Assembly: GCA_963664825.1 (NCBI GenBank)
Contig: OY761614.1
Coordinates: 224,001 to 288,000, forward strand
Length of the DNA: 64,000 nucleotides
Reading direction: 5' to 3'
DNA from: an uncultured Holophaga sp.
GTDB lineage: Bacteria; Acidobacteriota; Holophagae; Holophagales; Holophagaceae
In this document: positions 59,383 through 64,000 of the stretch, one piece after another
How the letters are laid out: each line of letters begins with the position of its first letter
How positions within the stretch are numbered: the stretch's first letter is position 1
The notes under the pieces: generated by a model
Database searches by the model: none
Told to the model about the DNA's origin: nothing
What the model saw: the letters and a program-made list of their open reading frames with translations, nothing else
Made by a program: the position numbers and the translations under genes

Positions 59383-60810
59383 ATGAAGCAGAAGGGCGTT
59401 GAGGTCATCTCGGTATTACCGGAGAGTCTCGCGGAAGAAGCCGGGCTCCGCCCCGGCGACCGGATCCTCCGGATCAATGGCGAACCCGTCCTGGATCAGC
59501 TCAGCTACCAGTTCCTGGTGAGCGCCCGGGACGAAACCGAGCTCAGCTTCGAATCCCAAGGCCAGGTGCGCACAGCCCTGGTGGAAAATGGAGGCGACGC
59601 CCTGGGCGTGGATCTGGCCCAGGACGAGGTGAAGGTCTGCAAACAGAACTGCGTCTTCTGCTTCGTGCAGCAGATGCCCAAGGGATTTCGCAAACCCCTC
59701 TACCTGAAGGACGAGGACATCCGCCTCTCCTTCCTGTACGGCCACTTCAGCACCCTCAGTTCCAGTGATGACGCGGAGCTGGACCGGGTGATCCGGGAGC
59801 GTCTGAGCCCCATCCATGTCTCCGTCCACGCCACCGACCCCGAGGTGCGGGTGCGGATCGTGGGCAATCCCAGGGAGGGCCATATCCTGCGCAAGCTCGA
59901 CCGCCTCCTGGAGGGCGGCGTCCATGTGCACACCCAGGCCGTGCTCGTGCCGGGACTGAATGATGGCGCGGTCTGGGAGAAGACCGTGCGGGAGCTCTGG
60001 GAACGACGTTCCTTCCAGACCAGCGGCCCCTGGGCAGGCAAGGGCGGCGTGCTTTCCCTTTCCTGCGTGCCCGTGGGGCTCACGGCCCACCGGCAGGGCC
60101 TGCCGCAGATCCCCGATGTGGACCCGGATTTCGCCCGGGGGTGGGTGAAGGCATGGGCGCCCCGCGTGCGGCAGGCTTCCCTCGAAAATGACGGCGAGCC
60201 CTGGCTCCTGCTGGCAGACGAGTGGTTCACTCGGGGCGGCCTCCAGGTGCCTGGCCGCGGTTTCTACTCCCGGAGCTGGGCCCAGCTGGAGAATGGTGTC
60301 GGGCTCGTGCGGCGCTTCCTGGACCACTCGGGCCGCTTCCTGCGGAGCCCCAAGGTTCAAGGGTTCAAGGGACGGCGTGTGCTGGTGCTCACCGGGGCCA
60401 GCTTCGCCCCCACCCTGGGACACGTCATCACCCAGCTCAATGGCGCCACGGGCAGCCACCTGCGCACCCAGGCCGTGAGGAATTCCACCTTCGGCGAGAC
60501 AGTGACGGTGGCGGGCCTGCTCTGCGGCCAGGATCTGCTCCAGGCCGCCCTGGCCGATCGCCAGGCCCAGGGCGGCGATCCTGCCTGGGTGGACGCCGTG
60601 ATGATCCCCAGCGCGTCGCTGCGCGCCCACACCGGCCCTACGGATCAGTACACCCTCCCCGGCACCGCGACCGCCCAGCCCGAGACCCTCTTCCTGGACG
60701 ACATGACACTGGCCCAGCTTCAGGAGCAATTGGGCGTGCCCATCGTCCCCAGCGGCGAGAACCTCTCCCAGGCCCTGGATCATCTGCGCGAGGCGGAACG
60801 GGCGTCCTGA
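59383..60810 (+). CDS. DUF512 family protein (PDZ plus radical-SAM-like Fe-S domain)
   Basis: PDZ start, CKQNCVFC (CxxxCxxC), KDED.RLSFL.G, QLENGVG, VAGLL.G.D. Confidence 0.88.
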   Translation: MKQKGVEVISVLPESLAEEAGLRPGDRILRINGEPVLDQLSYQFLVSARDETELSFESQGQVRTALVENGGDALGVDLAQDEVKVCKQNCVFCFVQQMPKGFRKPLYLKDEDIRLSFLYGHFSTLSSSDDAELDRVIRERLSPIHVSVHATDPEVRVRIVGNPREGHILRKLDRLLEGGVHVHTQAVLVPGLNDGAVWEKTVRELWERRSFQTSGPWAGKGGVLSLSCVPVGLTAHRQGLPQIPDVDPDFARGWVKAWAPRVRQASLENDGEPWLLLADEWFTRGGLQVPGRGFYSRSWAQLENGVGLVRRFLDHSGRFLRSPKVQGFKGRRVLVLTGASFAPTLGHVITQLNGATGSHLRTQAVRNSTFGETVTVAGLLCGQDLLQAALADRQAQGGDPAWVDAVMIPSASLRAHTGPTDQYTLPGTATAQPETLFLDDMTLAQLQEQLGVPIVPSGENLSQALDHLREAERAS

Positions 60811-60813
60811 TTG

Positions 60814-60841
60814 AAAAAGCCCCCTGCGGATGCAGGGGGCT
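60814..60841 (-). terminator. Terminator of TonB-dependent receptor gene
   Basis: agccccctgc / gcagggggct stem with T5 on the minus strand. Confidence 0.75.
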
Positions 60842-60863
60842 GAGGGTCTGACAACAGGCTGAA

Positions 60864-63800
60864 TCAGTAGCGGAAGCGCACGCCGAACTGCACTTCGCGG
60901 GTGCTCGTATCCTGCGTGTTCAGGCTACCAAAGGCCGTGTTGGGGACAGGTATCTGAGTCGGCGGAACGGTTGGCGGAGTGACTGCAACCATCTTGAGGG
61001 CCCCGTACTGGTTGGTCGTAAAATTGGCCCAATTGAGCACGTTGAAGATATCGATATTGCCTTCGATCTCAAGCTTGGACCCAAACTTCCAGGCGCGGGT
61101 GAAGCGCAGATTGGAGGACTTGGAAGCTGGCTGACGCTGGCCATTGCGGCCTCCGTAACCGGGCGCATAGTCCGTGAAAGCCCCATCGGTGTTGAGATCC
61201 TGAGCCGTGGTGGCGGAGTATGGAAGGCCGCTCTGGTAGGTGACCATGGCCATGCCCTTGACGCCCCAGATGATGGGGCAGTAGCCCGCGAACACGCCCC
61301 GGAACTTCACGTCATAGTCGCCGGGGGCGTAGTTGGCATGAGGGTCGGCGGGGTTATTGGTGACAGAACCGCCGCTGCCACCGTTATTGGTGACGCGCTC
61401 GTTGGAATTCATGTCCCTGCTGCTGGCGAAGGAGACGCTGCTCTGGAAGCCAAAGCCGTTATCCGACTGGCGGGCGGCCGTGAGGATCAGGGCCTTGTAC
61501 TGGCCGACCCCATCGTTGCGGGAGAGGAACACATCCCCGTAGCCCGTGAAATCCACCCTGCGCCCCCGGACAATGGCGTAGCCGGGACGCGCACTGTTCG
61601 AGAAGGAATTGAACTTGGAGGCGTAACCGTCGTTGTAGACAGCGCCCGAAACCACGACCCCGGAGGCGTCCTTCTGGCCCAGATTGATATTGAGGAAATA
61701 CTGCTCATTCTCGAAGTCCGCATAGGCCACGCGCACGCCCAGCACAAGATCGTTGTCCAGCTTGTGTTCCAGGCCCAGACTCATGCGCTTGGCCAGGGGC
61801 AGCTTGTTATTGGGATCCCAAAGCTGACCCGTGCGGGATGCTGACCCGAGGCTCTGGAGCGTGGCAGTATCCAGGGGCGTTAGGCGGGTACCTCCCGTGC
61901 TGCGGTTGGCGTAGGAGAGCGATCCGGAATTCCAGGCGGTCTGCAGGCCAGCAGTAGAGGCGTTGATGCTGTAGACGCTGATGGTGTTGCCATTGGCCGT
62001 CATGGTATTGGAGACCGTCAGGCTGGTATTGGGGCTGCTGAACCAGCCGTAGCCGCCCCGCAGCAGGGTCTTGCCCTTGCCCGTCAGATCGTAGGTGAAG
62101 CCGAAGCGGGGATCCAGGGAGGTGGTGCTATTGGCGGAATCCGTGCCCGCAAACTGGGCATTGGGAAGGGGATTGGTGGGCTGGCTCTCCCGGGTGAGGC
62201 GCAGGCCCCCCGTGAGGGTCAGGCGATGGTTCAGGAGGCCCGCATACTGGGCCTGGAGGAAGCCCCCCAGCAGGGAGGAATCGTAATTGATCCAGCCGTT
62301 GGTGGGACTGACGGCGCCCTTATAGCTGACGCCCCCCTTGAGGGGCACGGTGCCCTTGGCCCAATTGACGGCCGTAGCGTAATCGCTGAACTGGTAGTAG
62401 CCGACCTCGTACTGGGGGAACTGGTTCTGGAAGCTGAACCACTGCATGTCCACGCCTCCCTTGAGGGTCAGATCGCCCTGGGAGAAGGTGACGGTATCGA
62501 TGAATTGCTTGGTAAATTCGTTGAGATTGCTGGGGGTCGCCCAATACTGGCCCGAGGTGACGGCATTGCTCACCACCAGTTCCGGAGACGCAGAGGAATT
62601 GGGCGTGCGGGGACGGCGTTCGGTGGCGATCTGGGCCCGGGCCTCATTGGTGAGGTTGGCGCTCAGGACGCTGGTCAGTTCTCCCACCCAGGAGATGCTG
62701 CTCAGGTTATCCGTGTAGTTCTCGCTGAGCCCATAGATGCCACCCGGGAAGGACGCATTCTCGTTGGTGAACTTCTGGGTGTTGACCCGGAAATTGAAGC
62801 GGTGGTTCTCGTTGATATTCCAGTCCAAGCGGGCGAAGACCACGGTGTTCTTCTTGTCGTTGGTGTAGCCCAGCCCGTTTTCGTTGGCCACCGTGTGGCC
62901 ATCGGCTCCCACCACGAGCTTGCCGAAATAATCCAGGAATCCGGAGTTCTTGGAGTTCAGGGGATCTGCCGAATTCGCGTTATTCCCGCCGCTATCCAGG
63001 CCCCAGGCCGAGGTGCTGTTCTGGGTGTAGTGGTAGGTCTCCACGCCCACGAAGTAGAAGAGCTTGTCCTTGAGGATGGGACCGCCCACGTTGAAGTTGT
63101 ACTGCTGCTGGGAGAAGTCTCGGGTCCTGGAGGCGGTCGTATTGGTGATGGCGCTCGTGGGCTGGGGCACGGGGCGAATCATCGCCACCAGGCTGGAGGG
63201 CCGGAACTGCACGAGGGCCGAACCGGTGAGTTCGTTGGTGCCCGTCTTGGAGACGGCATTGATCACGCCACCGGCCGCGTCGCCGTACTGGGGGTCGTAG
63301 GCGTCCTGGACGATCTGCAGTTCGCGGATGGTATCCAGGCCGAAGGCGAAGGGAATGGTCGTAGAACCGCGCTGCTCGCCGTAGAAATTGGAATTGAAGC
63401 TGGCCCCATCGATGGTGAGGTTGTTCATGATGCCCCGGGCGCCTTCCATCAACTGGCGCCCCTGGTCCCCGGTCACGGCTCCGGGGGTCATCTTGACCAG
63501 ATCGGTGAAATTGCGGCCATTGAGGGGAATGGCCTGCACCATCTGCTCATCAATAGCCGTGGTGCTGGACACCTGCTGGCTATCCAGGGCCATCTTCGCG
63601 GCCACCACTTCCACCGTGGCACCGGCTTCGGCGCTATCCAGCCTGAAATTGGCCGTGGCGTTCTGTCCCAGGTAGACATGGACGGAAGTGTCCTTGAGGG
63701 TCTTCATGCCCGGTGCAGAAACCGTCACTTCGTAGACACCCACGGGCAGGAGGCTGCAGGCATATTCGCCCCGGCCCGCCGCCGTCTGGGTCCGAGCGAG

Positions 63801-63968
63801 CCCGGTCTCCAGATTGCGCAGCAGGACCTTGGCACCCACCAGGGGCACGCCCCCCTTGCCGGTGATGACACCCCTGATGGCGCCGGAAGTGGAACTGCTC
63901 TGGGCCTGGGCGATGACCACACAGGTCAGGGCAGAGAGGGCGAGAACACCCGATCGCATCACATTCAT
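60864..63968 (-). CDS. Oar-like TonB-dependent receptor with N-terminal carboxypeptidase regulatory-like domain
   Basis: Signal peptide, PLNGRNFTDL, GGVINAVSKTGTN, GGPILKDKLF, PRFGFTYD, ends VQFGVRFRY; RBS aaggag. Confidence 0.93.
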   Translation of the reverse strand: MNVMRSGVLALSALTCVVIAQAQSSSTSGAIRGVITGKGGVPLVGAKVLLRNLETGLARTQTAAGRGEYACSLLPVGVYEVTVSAPGMKTLKDTSVHVYLGQNATANFRLDSAEAGATVEVVAAKMALDSQQVSSTTAIDEQMVQAIPLNGRNFTDLVKMTPGAVTGDQGRQLMEGARGIMNNLTIDGASFNSNFYGEQRGSTTIPFAFGLDTIRELQIVQDAYDPQYGDAAGGVINAVSKTGTNELTGSALVQFRPSSLVAMIRPVPQPTSAITNTTASRTRDFSQQQYNFNVGGPILKDKLFYFVGVETYHYTQNSTSAWGLDSGGNNANSADPLNSKNSGFLDYFGKLVVGADGHTVANENGLGYTNDKKNTVVFARLDWNINENHRFNFRVNTQKFTNENASFPGGIYGLSENYTDNLSSISWVGELTSVLSANLTNEARAQIATERRPRTPNSSASPELVVSNAVTSGQYWATPSNLNEFTKQFIDTVTFSQGDLTLKGGVDMQWFSFQNQFPQYEVGYYQFSDYATAVNWAKGTVPLKGGVSYKGAVSPTNGWINYDSSLLGGFLQAQYAGLLNHRLTLTGGLRLTRESQPTNPLPNAQFAGTDSANSTTSLDPRFGFTYDLTGKGKTLLRGGYGWFSSPNTSLTVSNTMTANGNTISVYSINASTAGLQTAWNSGSLSYANRSTGGTRLTPLDTATLQSLGSASRTGQLWDPNNKLPLAKRMSLGLEHKLDNDLVLGVRVAYADFENEQYFLNINLGQKDASGVVVSGAVYNDGYASKFNSFSNSARPGYAIVRGRRVDFTGYGDVFLSRNDGVGQYKALILTAARQSDNGFGFQSSVSFASSRDMNSNERVTNNGGSGGSVTNNPADPHANYAPGDYDVKFRGVFAGYCPIIWGVKGMAMVTYQSGLPYSATTAQDLNTDGAFTDYAPGYGGRNGQRQPASKSSNLRFTRAWKFGSKLEIEGNIDIFNVLNWANFTTNQYGALKMVAVTPPTVPPTQIPVPNTAFGSLNTQDTSTREVQFGVRFRY

Positions 63969-64000
63969 TGAATGGCTCCTTCGCCCATCTGGGCTAGTGA

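Overview
GC-rich bacterial chromosomal segment. Gene content and style (MglA, tonB-exbB-exbD-exbD, Oar-like TonB receptor, RapA, GlnRS) suggest Acidobacteriota, probably Holophagaceae; this is inference. It is mostly housekeeping and metabolic genes: ppdK (5'-truncated by the window edge), hsp20, hrpB, ssb, mglA, gltX, glnS, tgt-yajC-secD-secF, PPi-type PFK, tryptophanase, ADP-forming acyl-CoA synthetase, arnD, a ThiE-AroK fusion, BCCP plus biotin carboxylase, rapA, cvfB, a hybrid kinase, a POT transporter, DUF512 and a TonB receptor. Accessory parts are a tautomerase-HxlR cassette bracketed by a duplicated ppdK 3' end, an IS256 element that cuts off a beta-helix gene, and an FN3 lipoprotein. 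No tRNA, rRNA or CRISPR array was seen. The strongest leads are: (1) an intact biotin carboxylase ORF with several catalytic residues replaced, next to a normal BCCP; (2) a promoter, short leader and terminator in front of the tonB-exb operon; (3) an oriented family of structured 3'-UTR elements; (4) the ppdK-end integration scar; (5) a three-way-junction structure inside the IS256; (6) a phosphoesterase-PilZ-arnD operon.
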